From Bacteroidota bacterium (GTDB lineage: Bacteria > Bacteroidota > Bacteroidia > AKYH767-A > OLB10), in contig JAHEKC010000001.1 of NCBI GenBank assembly GCA_024638565.1, positions 10,245-74,244 on the forward strand: a DNA stretch of 64,000 nt, in the 5' to 3' direction. A model generated the notes under the pieces. It worked only from the letters and a program-made list of their open reading frames with translations. It was not told where the DNA came from and ran no database searches. Made by a program: the position numbers and the translations under genes. Positions 20,545 to 30,910 of this stretch are shown here, one piece after another. The first letter of the stretch is position 1, and the number at the start of each line of letters is the position of its first letter.

Positions 20545-23500
20545 CTAGAAGAACGCCCTCACCTCCACGCCGCCGGTATGTACCGGGGGGTTGTCACCTG
20601 ATTTCCTTCCTTCGTAGTTAAGGTTCAGCTGCACGTTGCCTGACAGGTTGCGCAACAGGGAGACATTCCAGGTGAAGTTAGTGCCGGCGCGCAATCCTTC
20701 CAGCATTTCATAGGCAATTGGCGAATTCTCATCGGCGTTGTATGCATTCCGGATAATGTTGAATGCCACGGACAGGATTCCTTTTTTCACGGAGCTGTAC
20801 CGGCCTTCGATACCGCCTTTGTGCTGCAGGGTCCGTTCCCCCGCATCTGCAAGTTCGTTTTGTTTGAGCTTGTAGAGATACAGCAGGGTGATCCGCCAAA
20901 CGGTACCCGGCTGCAGGTGCAGCCTGGTTTCGGTGGAATGGTAGCGGATAAGGAAATCCCGTGACGAGAAAAAATCAGAGGTGTTTGTTTTCTCTCCCGC
21001 TTCCGCAAGCTCATTCAGCGTGAGTGACGGCGTTATATTCCAGCGCATATTGGTATTACCCTTGCGCAGTACGCGTGACTCGAAGCCGTTGGTGAGCAGT
21101 TGCTTGTTCCGGTTTTCCTCCACGGTCACGTCCATTCCGAATTTGGAGCTGGTCCGGTTAAAATAAAGCGTGTTGCGGAAAGCCGAATTTGTAGCGAGGA
21201 GCAGGGAATCGTCCACGCGGTTCCCAAAAGGGTTGAGCGCCTCAAGTAAGTCGTCTTTCGTGGTCTTGTTGCTCAGCCGGATGGAAAACCGGTTGCTGAA
21301 CCGTGCAAGCAACTTTCCCGCCTTCGTTTCACCTGCAGACAGGGCGGCGGGATTCAGATTCAGCGTCTGGCTGAACTGGGAGAACCTTGATTTGACGAAC
21401 TGATCCGTGGGCAGGAATACACGGATGTAATTGGCCTCGTCCTTGAAGGCCGCCGTTTCGAATTCGTTGAGTTGGGGAATGCCGTCGTTGTTGTAATCAT
21501 TCCATGCGTAAATTCCGGTACCGTCTGTGACTTTGACATACGAGAATTCACGTTTCAGTTCCTGGCCTGTCCCTACTTCGTAGAACGTGTTTGACATGAC
21601 CGCGCCCTTGAGGGCGGTGAGACTATATTCAACCCTGTTGAGGAGGTTGTCGTCGGGCCGTTGTGTGGTCAGGACCGTATCCGTGATGTCCAGCTTCCGG
21701 TACGTGCCCGTGACCGCCAGCCTGGACCTTTCATTGGGCTTCCAGGTGACAGAAGCGGTGGCCTCGTCCGCAACAGTGGCATTCCGGAATTCGTTGTACC
21801 GGATGCCATAGTCGGTACGCCGGGCATAGTCAGCCCGGAACTGGACCCTGGAGGTATCGGCGGAAGCCAGGTAAACCGCGCCCGTGTGATTGTAAAAACC
21901 CGATGCGATGAGGGAGTCGGTGCCGGGTACGTACAACCTGTTGCGTTCACCGTCGCCACGCACCCCCACGCGCACGCGGCCGGCAACCAGGCGGGAGAAA
22001 TCCGCCCTGCCCCGGATGAATTGTGACTTGCTCAGGTCCCCTGACGTGACCAGGTAACTGCCGCTGAACTCGAACCGGTACCCGGAGAATGCGGTCTTTC
22101 CGGATAGCAAGTTGTTGAATCCCCGGTAGCGGCTGCCACGCTGGAAGGACCGCAATTCGTAATCGAACCGGTGTGCCGGTCCCCGGTGCAGGCCAAGAAG
22201 AAAGGACGCCGCCTGCTCGTCGGAGGTGTCGCTGTCGGACAGGTTCCAATCGCGGCTGAACTCCACGGGCCGGTACGTTTCGATGGGTTTGAAATACCTG
22301 TTGACGTGTTCGAATTTCAAACCGGTTTTGATTTTCCAGCCACGCCTGGCGGTATCCAGGTCAAAAACATGGTTCATGGCGGTGCGCAAAGCATAGCCCT
22401 TGTCATTCCCCTTGTCGGCTTTCGAGAACAGGTTTACATTATAGTTGGAAAACGCACCCTCCACGGATAGGGTCGTCCTTTCGGAAACCATGAAATCAGC
22501 ACCCAGGGAAGCCATTTGCTGCTGCCTTGGCGTTATCAGGAGTGTAACGGGTTCATAGCTTCCCTGCGGGATGCCGCCAACAGGTGGGATCCACTCGTAT
22601 ACCCTGCCGTTGGCGCTGGTGGTCACCTGTACGTAGTTCCCATTGCCAGGCCCGGTATTCGCAAAGCCCAGGCGGTAATGCGCCACGGCGGAATCTGTTG
22701 AATAGCGGTAGAAGGTAAAGCTGGCAGAGTCGATTCGCTGGTAGAGGATCTCATCCACGTTGAACGCCACGCTGTCGATATTCTCGAAGAAGGCTTGCTG
22801 GATGTCATCCCCGATTTCAGAAAGAAAACGCTTCTGTGTATCGCTCAGGTCCTGCAGCAGCGGCTGGTTCTTGCTGTCCTGCTCCGAATAAACATTCAGT
22901 TTCAGTCTTACCTTTCTGGCCTCGTATTCCGTATTGGCATAAACGAGCGACCGTGCGAAATTCTTTTCGGAGTACTGGAACTCGACCACGATGCGCTTGT
23001 CCTTGGTGATCAGCCTCCGTGCGGTAAAGATGATCTCTGCTGTATTGTAGTCGATCACGTAATCGTAATCCTGGCCACGCGCCATCTGCATCCCGTCTAT
23101 AAATACCTTTTCGGATCCGGAAAGGATGATGATGAATGTTTCGTTGTCCGCGCCTCGCAGTTTGTAAGGGCCCTGGTTGGCCTCGATGCCGTTAAAGACA
23201 TTCCGCGCGTACTTGCCCTTGGACACCGCGCCGCTTGCCGCCACACGCATGACCCTTCCCGTGTCGCCTTTCCCGATGTCAAAGGCGGTACGAAAAAGCC
23301 CTCCCTGCCCTTTCTTCGAAAAGTTCATGAAATAGCTCTCGGGCCGCTCGAGATCGAAATCCCCCGCGACCAATGAACTCCGGTTCTTGCTGATCCGGAT
23401 AAATACCTTGTCAAATTCATTCAGTTGCTGTGTATTGCCTTCCGGCTGCACGGGAATGTTGTTGTCCGTGATGGCGGCAAGGATCTCGACATCGTCGCTC

Positions 23501-24006
23501 AGCGTTCCGGCAAGCTGCAGGTTCAGACTCGAGTTGACCACCACATCCTGGCTGTTTCCGAACCGTACTCCACGGGAGATGCTTCCGCTCTTGCTGAGCC
23601 CCCTGATGTCAAGAACACCACCGCCCTCACCCCGGTCATATTGCTTCGGGTTGTACACCCCTCCGAACTTCTTTTCGATAATCTCGCGGCTTCTCCGGAA
23701 AGCGGGCCTGGTGAACAGCACGGGAAATACACGGTATACGGCAAGCAGGCTGTCAGGCCAGGCCGGATCCCTGTTCTTCCAGGTAAGCTGCGCACGTGAA
23801 GGCATGACCGAAAAGGCGGAGCTGTCCACCACGCGGCCGTCATGCAGCATAAAGAAGGAGCCGGGTATCAGGCTGAGGGTATCAAGGGTAACCGAATCCG
23901 TCGTGGTGGATACATAGCGTTGCCTCAGATTGCTAAGTTCCTGTGCCCCGGCGGCTCCTATGAATCCGGTAAAAAGCAGGACAACGGTTAGTTTCCGTAA
24001 AAGCAT
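20545..24006 (-). CDS. Large predicted outer-membrane beta-barrel protein (1153 aa), family unknown
   Basis: There is a signal peptide (VVLLFTGFIGAAGAQE). The composition is beta-rich throughout. The C-terminus ends in an aromatic residue (...VEVRAFF), typical of beta-barrel outer-membrane proteins. Confidence 0.55.
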   Translation of the reverse strand: MLLRKLTVVLLFTGFIGAAGAQELSNLRQRYVSTTTDSVTLDTLSLIPGSFFMLHDGRVVDSSAFSVMPSRAQLTWKNRDPAWPDSLLAVYRVFPVLFTRPAFRRSREIIEKKFGGVYNPKQYDRGEGGGVLDIRGLSKSGSISRGVRFGNSQDVVVNSSLNLQLAGTLSDDVEILAAITDNNIPVQPEGNTQQLNEFDKVFIRISKNRSSLVAGDFDLERPESYFMNFSKKGQGGLFRTAFDIGKGDTGRVMRVAASGAVSKGKYARNVFNGIEANQGPYKLRGADNETFIIILSGSEKVFIDGMQMARGQDYDYVIDYNTAEIIFTARRLITKDKRIVVEFQYSEKNFARSLVYANTEYEARKVRLKLNVYSEQDSKNQPLLQDLSDTQKRFLSEIGDDIQQAFFENIDSVAFNVDEILYQRIDSASFTFYRYSTDSAVAHYRLGFANTGPGNGNYVQVTTSANGRVYEWIPPVGGIPQGSYEPVTLLITPRQQQMASLGADFMVSERTTLSVEGAFSNYNVNLFSKADKGNDKGYALRTAMNHVFDLDTARRGWKIKTGLKFEHVNRYFKPIETYRPVEFSRDWNLSDSDTSDEQAASFLLGLHRGPAHRFDYELRSFQRGSRYRGFNNLLSGKTAFSGYRFEFSGSYLVTSGDLSKSQFIRGRADFSRLVAGRVRVGVRGDGERNRLYVPGTDSLIASGFYNHTGAVYLASADTSRVQFRADYARRTDYGIRYNEFRNATVADEATASVTWKPNERSRLAVTGTYRKLDITDTVLTTQRPDDNLLNRVEYSLTALKGAVMSNTFYEVGTGQELKREFSYVKVTDGTGIYAWNDYNNDGIPQLNEFETAAFKDEANYIRVFLPTDQFVKSRFSQFSQTLNLNPAALSAGETKAGKLLARFSNRFSIRLSNKTTKDDLLEALNPFGNRVDDSLLLATNSAFRNTLYFNRTSSKFGMDVTVEENRNKQLLTNGFESRVLRKGNTNMRWNITPSLTLNELAEAGEKTNTSDFFSSRDFLIRYHSTETRLHLQPGTVWRITLLYLYKLKQNELADAGERTLQHKGGIEGRYSSVKKGILSVAFNIIRNAYNADENSPIAYEMLEGLRAGTNFTWNVSLLRNLSGNVQLNLNYEGRKSGDNPPVHTGGVEVRAFF

Positions 24007-24166
24007 AAACGCCAGCGTATTGCCGTTCGCGAGATTTACAAGTTATAAAGAAACGGCTTGCGGAGGTTAAAACGGTGCTGGTGGCGTAATATTGGCATGG
24101 AGCGGTGTGCGGCTTTTAAACGATAGCGTCCGGAAAAGCATCCTGGGGTGACTGGCATTGCTGCTG

Positions 24167-24619
24167 CTAGGGCCGCTCATTTAACGTTTCCCATACCAGG
24201 GCAGGTTCAAATCCTCTTCCGATTGCATACCGGGCCATGCGTTGCTTTTCCGCCGCCGGGTGCCGGCGCTTGTTCCTGGAGCCGTATGTTTCAAGCACCT
24301 TTCGCAGAGAATTCCGGTAATCCTGTTCGTCAATGCCATCCAGCGCTTCCCGGATACATTTGTCTGACACCTTCTTTTGCAGCAGCGATGAACGGATTTT
24401 CACACGGCCCCAATGCCGTATGCGGAATTTCCCGCCCGCGTATGCGGTTGCAAAGCGTTGTTCGTTGAGCGTGCCCTCCGAGATCATGGCGGCAATGACT
24501 TCTTCCACCTCCCGCCGGTGCAGATGCCAGGCGTAGAGCCTGTCACGCAATTCCTGCTGGCAACGTTCCTGGTATGCGCAGTAACGGCGTGCCCTGGTCA
24601 GAATGGCGGGGTCGATCAT
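24167..24619 (-). CDS. recX: Regulatory protein RecX
   Basis: The ~150-aa product is a three-helical-repeat protein with YAxxLL/RG motifs typical of RecX. Confidence 0.7.
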   Translation of the reverse strand: MIDPAILTRARRYCAYQERCQQELRDRLYAWHLHRREVEEVIAAMISEGTLNEQRFATAYAGGKFRIRHWGRVKIRSSLLQKKVSDKCIREALDGIDEQDYRNSLRKVLETYGSRNKRRHPAAEKQRMARYAIGRGFEPALVWETLNERP

Positions 24620-24948
24620 GCAAACGAAAATAAAAAACGCTTTGGAAACAATTGCCCGTCCCGGGACCGGCTGCCTGCAGGTGCATGGGGTGCCGGCCCC
24701 GGAGCATACGGGGAAGGCGCCAGGCTTACAGTGGCTGGCATCAGTGGTTCTGTAATTGAAATATCCAGAAGTTTAATGAGGGCAGGGTGGCGGGTCTTTT
24801 AATGCAGTCACATTGCTTGCGCGGTGTTTCCGATGTGTACGCTGTACCTGTTCATGAATGTATATGAAAGGAGAAAGGTCATGTGTAGGTGAATGTCCAT
24901 GGTTACACGTACATGCTTATTTTTATCCGGAATTCGAATGAACCCGGA

Positions 24949-25653
24949 ATGCTGCGCAAGGTGAATGGTATATTGAAAAGGGCCGGAAGGTGGGTGATCG
25001 GCATCAGCGGAATAGTCATGTTGCTGTTTGTCCTGCTCAGCTTCACCGACCTGCCCTACCATGCCTATCACCGGCTGGGGGTGTCAGTCAAGCCACTCAG
25101 GGGTGCTCCGGACCTGATCGTATTGCTGGGCGGCGGGGGGATGCCCAGTCCTGACGGGCTGATCCGGTGTTACTACGCCGCAGGGGCGGCCGCGGATTAC
25201 CCGCTTGCCCCTGTGGTGATCGCACTGCCGGCAAACGAGGACGGAAGCATGCGCCAGCTGGACCTCATGGCACGAGAACTGGTGCTGAAGGGAGTAGATT
25301 CATCGCGCATCGGGTATGAACCGGAGGGCCACAACACCCGTTCCCAGGCTGAATATATAGCAAAACATTTCATCGGGGATCACCGAAAGCCCGTAGCGCT
25401 GATTGTCACCTCGCCGGATCACATGTACCGCGCTGCACGCGTATTTGAAAAGCTGGGTTTCGACGCCCGGGGTATGCCGGCATTTGAAAAGCCGGTCGAC
25501 GAAAAGATGGCAAAGGAAAAAGCAAAAGACGGTTCCGGGCGGGTGCGCAGCGTGTCCCTCCGCTACAATATGTGGAGTTACATGAACTATGAACTTCTGG
25601 TGGTGCGCGAGTACCTGGCGATCAGCTACTATAAGCTGAAAGGGTGGATCTGA
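24949..25653 (+). CDS. YdcF/ElyC/SanA (DUF218) family protein
   Basis: The N-terminus has a TM helix. A DLIVLLGGGG...-type motif and a later conserved SxxH region match DUF218. The start is at an internal ATG (MLRKVNG). Confidence 0.55.
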   Translation: MLRKVNGILKRAGRWVIGISGIVMLLFVLLSFTDLPYHAYHRLGVSVKPLRGAPDLIVLLGGGGMPSPDGLIRCYYAAGAAADYPLAPVVIALPANEDGSMRQLDLMARELVLKGVDSSRIGYEPEGHNTRSQAEYIAKHFIGDHRKPVALIVTSPDHMYRAARVFEKLGFDARGMPAFEKPVDEKMAKEKAKDGSGRVRSVSLRYNMWSYMNYELLVVREYLAISYYKLKGWI

Positions 25654-27247
25654 CCGTTTTCGGGAGGGCGGCCAGGAGTTGCCGGGTATGGGTGGATTCA
25701 GGGTTTGAGAATACCTGTGCCGGGTCCCCTGCCTCGACGATGCGTCCATCATGCATGACCATGACGCGGTCGCTTACCTGCCGGATGACCTGCAGGTCGT
25801 GGGAGATGAAAAGGAAGCTTAGCCCCAGCTGCTGTTTGAGGCTGTCGAGTAATTCCAATACCTGGATCCTTACGGTAGCATCAAGTGAGGACACCGGTTC
25901 ATCGCATATCACTAATTGCGGTTCCATGGCCAGTGCCCTCGCAATGCAAACCCGTTGTTTCTCACCGGCACTCATCTCGCGCGGGTAACGGTTGGCATAG
26001 CCGGGATCCAGGCCTGTCTGTTCGAGTAACATGGCAACCTGCTTGCGTGCCGCGGCATGACCGTGGATACGATGCACGCGCATGGGCTCCATGAGCGCTT
26101 CCCCCACGCGCATAGCTGGATTCAGAGACGCGGCAGGATCCTGGAAAACGGCCTGTGTATGCCTGCGAAACCGTCGCAGGCCCGGTTTCGAATCGGTTTC
26201 CATGCCGCGAAACAGGATCTTACCCGCATCTGCGGAGGTAAGCCGGAGGATGGTACAGCAAAGGGTTGTCTTGCCGCACCCCGACATGCCCGCAAGGCCC
26301 AGGGTCTCTCCCGGGGCGATTTCGAGGTCAACTCCGTCAACGGCTTTTACGGTTTCGCCCCGGCCGCCCTGGAACCACTTTCTCAGACCTGCCACCTGCA
26401 GCAGCGGCTCCTGTTCAGCGCTTTTACGTGTACCACGTTTTCTTTGCCCGCCCTCGCTTGCCGCGAGAAGTTTTTTGGTGTAGTCGTTGCTTGGACGTGT
26501 GATCACTTCCCTGACGGGTCCAGATTCGACCACACGGCCGTTCTGCAAAACCAGCACCGCGTCTGCCATCTCGCGGATCACATCCAGGTCATGCGAGATG
26601 AAGATGACACCCATCCCGTATTCCTGCTGCAGGTTCCGGATCAGCTCCAGGATGCCCGCCTGTGTCACCATGTCGAGCGCGGTGGTTGGCTCGTCGGCAA
26701 TCAGCAGGGAAGGATTGCAGGCGGTGGCCATGGCGAGCAGGACACGCTGGCGCTGACCGCCGGATAACTGGTGGGGATACCTGCCATACAGGTTCGGCGC
26801 GAGGCCCGTGCGTTCCCATATCTCCATTGAATGGCTCTTCGCCCCGGCCTGATCCATATCCAGGTGCCTGCGCAGTACCTCCGCCACCTGGCTGCCGCAG
26901 GTGAATACGGGATTCAGTGCGGGAAGCGGTTCCTGGAAAACCATGCCTATTTCCCGCCCGTTGACCGACCCCCGCCTGCCCGGTGGCAAGTCCAGCAGGT
27001 CGACCGGGTCCGTGCCGGGCCGGCTCCACCTGGCATTTCCGGCCCTTATGCGCGATGTGCCGGGGGGCAAAAGGCCCATCAGGGACAGCGCCAGCGTCGT
27101 TTTTCCTGATCCCGATTCACCGGCAATGCCGAGGGTTTGTCCGGTCCCGATTTGGAAGTCAATGCCATGTAGAGCATTAAAACACTGATTATCAATATAA
27201 TAATCAACAGACAGCTCAGAAACGTTCAGCAAGTCAGGGGCCGGCAT
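25622..27247 (-). CDS. ABC transporter ATP-binding protein with duplicated ATPase domains (DppD/DppF-like fusion)
   Basis: There are two Walker A sites (GESGSGKTT and GMSGCGKTT) and two LSGGQRQR / SAGEKQR signature motifs. The start is at the internal ATG (MPAPDLLNVSELSV). Confidence 0.85.
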   Translation of the reverse strand: MPAPDLLNVSELSVDYYIDNQCFNALHGIDFQIGTGQTLGIAGESGSGKTTLALSLMGLLPPGTSRIRAGNARWSRPGTDPVDLLDLPPGRRGSVNGREIGMVFQEPLPALNPVFTCGSQVAEVLRRHLDMDQAGAKSHSMEIWERTGLAPNLYGRYPHQLSGGQRQRVLLAMATACNPSLLIADEPTTALDMVTQAGILELIRNLQQEYGMGVIFISHDLDVIREMADAVLVLQNGRVVESGPVREVITRPSNDYTKKLLAASEGGQRKRGTRKSAEQEPLLQVAGLRKWFQGGRGETVKAVDGVDLEIAPGETLGLAGMSGCGKTTLCCTILRLTSADAGKILFRGMETDSKPGLRRFRRHTQAVFQDPAASLNPAMRVGEALMEPMRVHRIHGHAAARKQVAMLLEQTGLDPGYANRYPREMSAGEKQRVCIARALAMEPQLVICDEPVSSLDATVRIQVLELLDSLKQQLGLSFLFISHDLQVIRQVSDRVMVMHDGRIVEAGDPAQVFSNPESTHTRQLLAALPKTVRSTLSAYSS

Positions 27248-27398
27248 GGCGTAAAAGTAACCGCTGGCGGCCCGTGGCCGGCCGGACGGCATACCATACT
27301 TATTAACAGGGGATTTTAGGCACAAAGTTGCGATTCTGATTTGTTGCTTTGGAAATAAATCCTACTTTTGCGTCCCCTAAAATCCATAGGGACCTGAA

Positions 27399-27836
27399 GT
27401 GGAAATTAGCTATAAGACCAAGTCGTTGAATGCCAAGACAGCAGATAAAAGCTGGGTGGTAATAGACGCTGAGAACCAGGTCGTTGGACGACTGGCTTCA
27501 CGCGTGGCCTTCATGCTGCGCGGCAAGCATAAGCCCTCATTTACACCCCATGTGGATTGCGGGGACAACGTGATCATCATCAATGCGGAAAAGGTCCGGT
27601 TCACGGGCAAGAAATGGACGGACAAAGAGTATGTCTGGTACACCGGCTACCCGGGTGGCCAGCGCACCACTAACCCCGAGCGCATGATGAAGAAGAATCC
27701 CATTGGTGTGATGGAGCATGCCGTGCATCGGATGCTTCCCAAGAGCAGGCTTGGAAACAAACTCAAGCGAAACCTTTTCATCTATGCCGGCGCCGATCAC
27801 CCGCATACGGCACAACAACCCACTAAAATCGCATAA
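27399..27836 (+). CDS. rplM: 50S ribosomal protein L13
   Basis: The WVVIDAENQVVGRLAS N-terminal motif matches L13. Length and position, directly upstream of rpsI, also match. Confidence 0.9.
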   Translation: MEISYKTKSLNAKTADKSWVVIDAENQVVGRLASRVAFMLRGKHKPSFTPHVDCGDNVIIINAEKVRFTGKKWTDKEYVWYTGYPGGQRTTNPERMMKKNPIGVMEHAVHRMLPKSRLGNKLKRNLFIYAGADHPHTAQQPTKIA

Positions 27837-27841
27837 CCTGC

Positions 27842-28228
27842 ATGGAGCCCATTCATACTATCGGCAGAAGAAAGAAGGCCATTGCCCGTGTTTACATGGC
27901 CCCCGGCAAGGGTGATGTCAAGATCAACAACCGCGATTACAAAGAGTACTTCCCCACGCTTCCGCTTCAGTATGTGGTGCAGCAGGCTTTCGAAGTCAGC
28001 GGCACCAAGGAGGCATACGATGTAAAGGCCAACCTCGATGGCGGTGGTATCGCCGGACAGGCGGAAGCGCTGCGCTTGGCGATCTCCAGGGCGCTCGTCC
28101 GGACCAACGAGGAAACCAAACCTTCGCTAAAGGCCAAGGGGCTGCTGACCCGCGATCCACGCATGGTGGAACGTAAAAAACCGGGACAGAAGAAGGCCAG
28201 GAAGCGATTCCAGTTCAGCAAACGATAA
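27842..28228 (+). CDS. rpsI: 30S ribosomal protein S9
   Basis: The GRRKKAIARV start and the basic C-terminal tail ending ...RKRFQFSKR match S9. Confidence 0.9.
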   Translation: MEPIHTIGRRKKAIARVYMAPGKGDVKINNRDYKEYFPTLPLQYVVQQAFEVSGTKEAYDVKANLDGGGIAGQAEALRLAISRALVRTNEETKPSLKAKGLLTRDPRMVERKKPGQKKARKRFQFSKR

Positions 28229-28250
28229 CCTTTCCCGATACAACGATTTC

Positions 28251-29123
28251 ATGATCAATATCTCCCAGCAGGAAATGCTCGATGCCGGTGTGCATTTCGG
28301 CCACCTCAAGCGGAAGTGGAACCCGAAGATGGCGCCGTATATTTTTATCGAACGCAACGGCATTCACCTGATAGACCTGAATAAGACACAGGCGAAGCTG
28401 GAAGAAGCTGCTGCCGCCATCAGGCAGATTGCAAAATCAGGAAAGAAGATTCTATTCGTGGCCACCAAGAAACAGGCCAAGGAAATTGTGGCCAATGCCG
28501 CCGGTTCTGTGAACATGCCCTATATCACCGAGCGCTGGCCCGGCGGTATGCTGACCAATTTCGCGACCCAGCGCAAGTCGGTGAAGAAGATGACGTCGTT
28601 TGAGCGTATGCTTAACGATGGCACCCTGGTGAATGTATCCAAGAAGGAGCGACTGATGGTGGCCCGCCAGAAGGCCAAAATGGAGAAGCTCCTGGGCAGC
28701 ATCTCGGACCTGACCCGCCTGCCGGCAGCCCTGTTCATCGTGGACATCATGAAGGAACATATTGCCGTGGCCGAGGCGAAGAAACTGAATATCCCCACCA
28801 TTGCCATCTGCGATACCAATACCGATCCCACCGAAATCGATTTTCCGATTCCCGCCAACGACGATGCCAGCAAATCCGTGGAGCTCATCATGAAGATCAT
28901 GGTGGCCGCCATTGAAGAAGGGCTGCAGGAGCGCAAGCAGGATAAGGAGATGGAGCGTGAAAAAGAAGCGGCTGCCGAAGAGGAAGCCGCTGACCGTGAA
29001 GAAACCGGGGAAGAGAAGCTGGTGACCGCCGAAGTTGGCGAAGAAAACACCGAAGAGGCTCCGAAGAAACCCAGGGGCAAGGGGCGGCCGCGCAAGCAAA
29101 CTGTGAAGAAGGAAGAAGAGTAG
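28251..29123 (+). CDS. rpsB: 30S ribosomal protein S2
   Basis: The LDAGVHFGH...WNPKMAPYIF motif matches S2. There is an acidic and basic C-terminal extension. Confidence 0.9.
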   Translation: MINISQQEMLDAGVHFGHLKRKWNPKMAPYIFIERNGIHLIDLNKTQAKLEEAAAAIRQIAKSGKKILFVATKKQAKEIVANAAGSVNMPYITERWPGGMLTNFATQRKSVKKMTSFERMLNDGTLVNVSKKERLMVARQKAKMEKLLGSISDLTRLPAALFIVDIMKEHIAVAEAKKLNIPTIAICDTNTDPTEIDFPIPANDDASKSVELIMKIMVAAIEEGLQERKQDKEMEREKEAAAEEEAADREETGEEKLVTAEVGEENTEEAPKKPRGKGRPRKQTVKKEEE

Positions 29124-29186
29124 TATCCTTCACAGGCATTTTTCCAATTCATCCCGGATTAAACACTATTTGAACGTAAGCATACT

Positions 29187-30023
29187 ATGAGTACAGCGAC
29201 CATATCAGCAGCAGATGTCAATAAGCTGCGCAAGATGACCGGCGCCGGCATGATGGACTGCAAGAAAGCCCTCGTGGAAGCGGGCGGCGATTTCGACAAA
29301 GCCATCGATGAACTCCGCAAGAAAGGTCAAAAAGTGGCGGCCAACCGCGCCGGCCGTGAAGCCAATGAAGGATATATAGTGGCGAAGACCAATGAAGCAG
29401 CGGACAGGGGATACCTGCTTGCGCTCAGCTGCGAAACCGACTTTGTTGCCAAGAATGAGGATTTTGTAAAGTACGCCAATGACGTCCTGGAACTGGCGAT
29501 GAATAACAATCCCGACAGCATGGACGCACTCCTGGCCATGCCCATCGACGGCGTGACCGTGAAAGACAAGCTGACAGACCTGGTAGGTAAGATCGGGGAG
29601 AAGATTGAGATCACAAATTACGAAACCATTGAGGCACCTCACGTGTCTATTTATATCCACCCCGGCAACAAGGTAGTGTCAATGACCGGCATGTCATCCG
29701 GTGCGGTAAAGCCCGAGGTGGCCCGCGACGTATCCATGCAGATAGCAGCCATGAGCCCGGTGGCGCTGGATAAGGATGATGTTTCGAAAGAAATCATCGA
29801 CAGAGAGCTGGAGATTGGCAAGGAACAGGCGCGTGCCGACGGCAAGCCCGAGCAGATGATAGAAAAGATCGCCATGGGCAAGCTCAACAAGTTCTACAAG
29901 GAAAGCACCCTGCTTAACCAGTCCTATATCAAGGACGAGAAAATGACGATCCGGCAGTTCCTCGACGGAGCCGAAAAAGGATTGACCGTGAAGTCGTTCA
30001 CCAGGGTACAGGTAGGGGAATGA
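29187..30023 (+). CDS. tsf: Translation elongation factor Ts
   Basis: The LRKMTGAGMMDCKKAL N-terminal UBA-like motif matches EF-Ts. The gene sits directly downstream of rpsB. Confidence 0.9.
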   Translation: MSTATISAADVNKLRKMTGAGMMDCKKALVEAGGDFDKAIDELRKKGQKVAANRAGREANEGYIVAKTNEAADRGYLLALSCETDFVAKNEDFVKYANDVLELAMNNNPDSMDALLAMPIDGVTVKDKLTDLVGKIGEKIEITNYETIEAPHVSIYIHPGNKVVSMTGMSSGAVKPEVARDVSMQIAAMSPVALDKDDVSKEIIDRELEIGKEQARADGKPEQMIEKIAMGKLNKFYKESTLLNQSYIKDEKMTIRQFLDGAEKGLTVKSFTRVQVGE

Positions 30024-30043
30024 GGAATTCCATGAAACCATTG

Positions 30044-30080
30044 AGCCGCCCGGATAAGCACCGAGGCGGCTTTTTTATTT
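30044..30080 (+). terminator. Putative intrinsic terminator after tsf
   Basis: A 7-bp stem AGCCGCC...GGCGGCT is followed by a TTTTTTATTT tract. It lies 20 nt after the tsf stop. Confidence 0.6.
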
Positions 30081-30117
30081 CCGTCAGGTTGTCTTACTTT
30101 TGAAATCCACACCACCC

Positions 30118-30825
30118 ATGAAATACAAACGCATTCTCCTAAAACTTAGCGGTGAAGCCCTGATGGGCGAGCAGCAATTTGGTATTGACAACGACAGGCT
30201 GATACAATATGCCGCCGAGGTCAGAAGCGTCACCGAGCGTGGCATCCAGGTGGCCATCGTGATCGGCGGAGGCAATATATTCCGGGGTGTGCAGGCCGCC
30301 GAGGGTGGCATGGACCGCGTGCATGGTGATTACATGGGCATGCTGGCCACGGTGATCAATGCCATGGCCCTGCAGACCGCCCTGGAGGGGATGGGGGTCT
30401 ATACGCGCCTGCAGTCAGCCATCAATATGGAAGCGATCTGTGAGCCGTTTATCAGGCGCCGCGCCATCCGTCACCTGGAAAAGAACCGGGTGGTCATCTT
30501 CGGCGCCGGTACGGGTAACCCATATTTCACAACGGATACCGCTGCCTCGTTACGCGCGGTGGAGATCGAAGCCGATGTCATCCTGAAAGGCACACGCGTG
30601 GACGGCATTTATTCCGCGGATCCGCTCAAGGTCAAGGATGCAGTGCGCTTTGACAAACTTACCTTCACGGAGGCCTATGACAAAAAATTGCAGGTCATGG
30701 ACCGTACCGCCTTTACGCTGTGCCAGGAAAACAAACTGCCCATCATTGTCTTCGACATCAACCGGAAGGGGAACCTGCTGAAAGTGGTCGAGGGCGAGGA
30801 AGTGGGCACGCTGGTAGAGGCCTGA
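30118..30825 (+). CDS. pyrH: UMP kinase
   Basis: The [14 protein letters not shown] and [10 protein letters not shown] motifs match UMP kinase. The start is at the internal ATG. Confidence 0.9.
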   Translation: MKYKRILLKLSGEALMGEQQFGIDNDRLIQYAAEVRSVTERGIQVAIVIGGGNIFRGVQAAEGGMDRVHGDYMGMLATVINAMALQTALEGMGVYTRLQSAINMEAICEPFIRRRAIRHLEKNRVVIFGAGTGNPYFTTDTAASLRAVEIEADVILKGTRVDGIYSADPLKVKDAVRFDKLTFTEAYDKKLQVMDRTAFTLCQENKLPIIVFDINRKGNLLKVVEGEEVGTLVEA

Positions 30826-30910
30826 GGAATAACTGCTGCCAGGATGGAATAATCAAAGGCAGGAGATGGGTGACGGGGAGCGGCGGTCCGGTGTTGGAAT
30901 TTTTTGTCCT

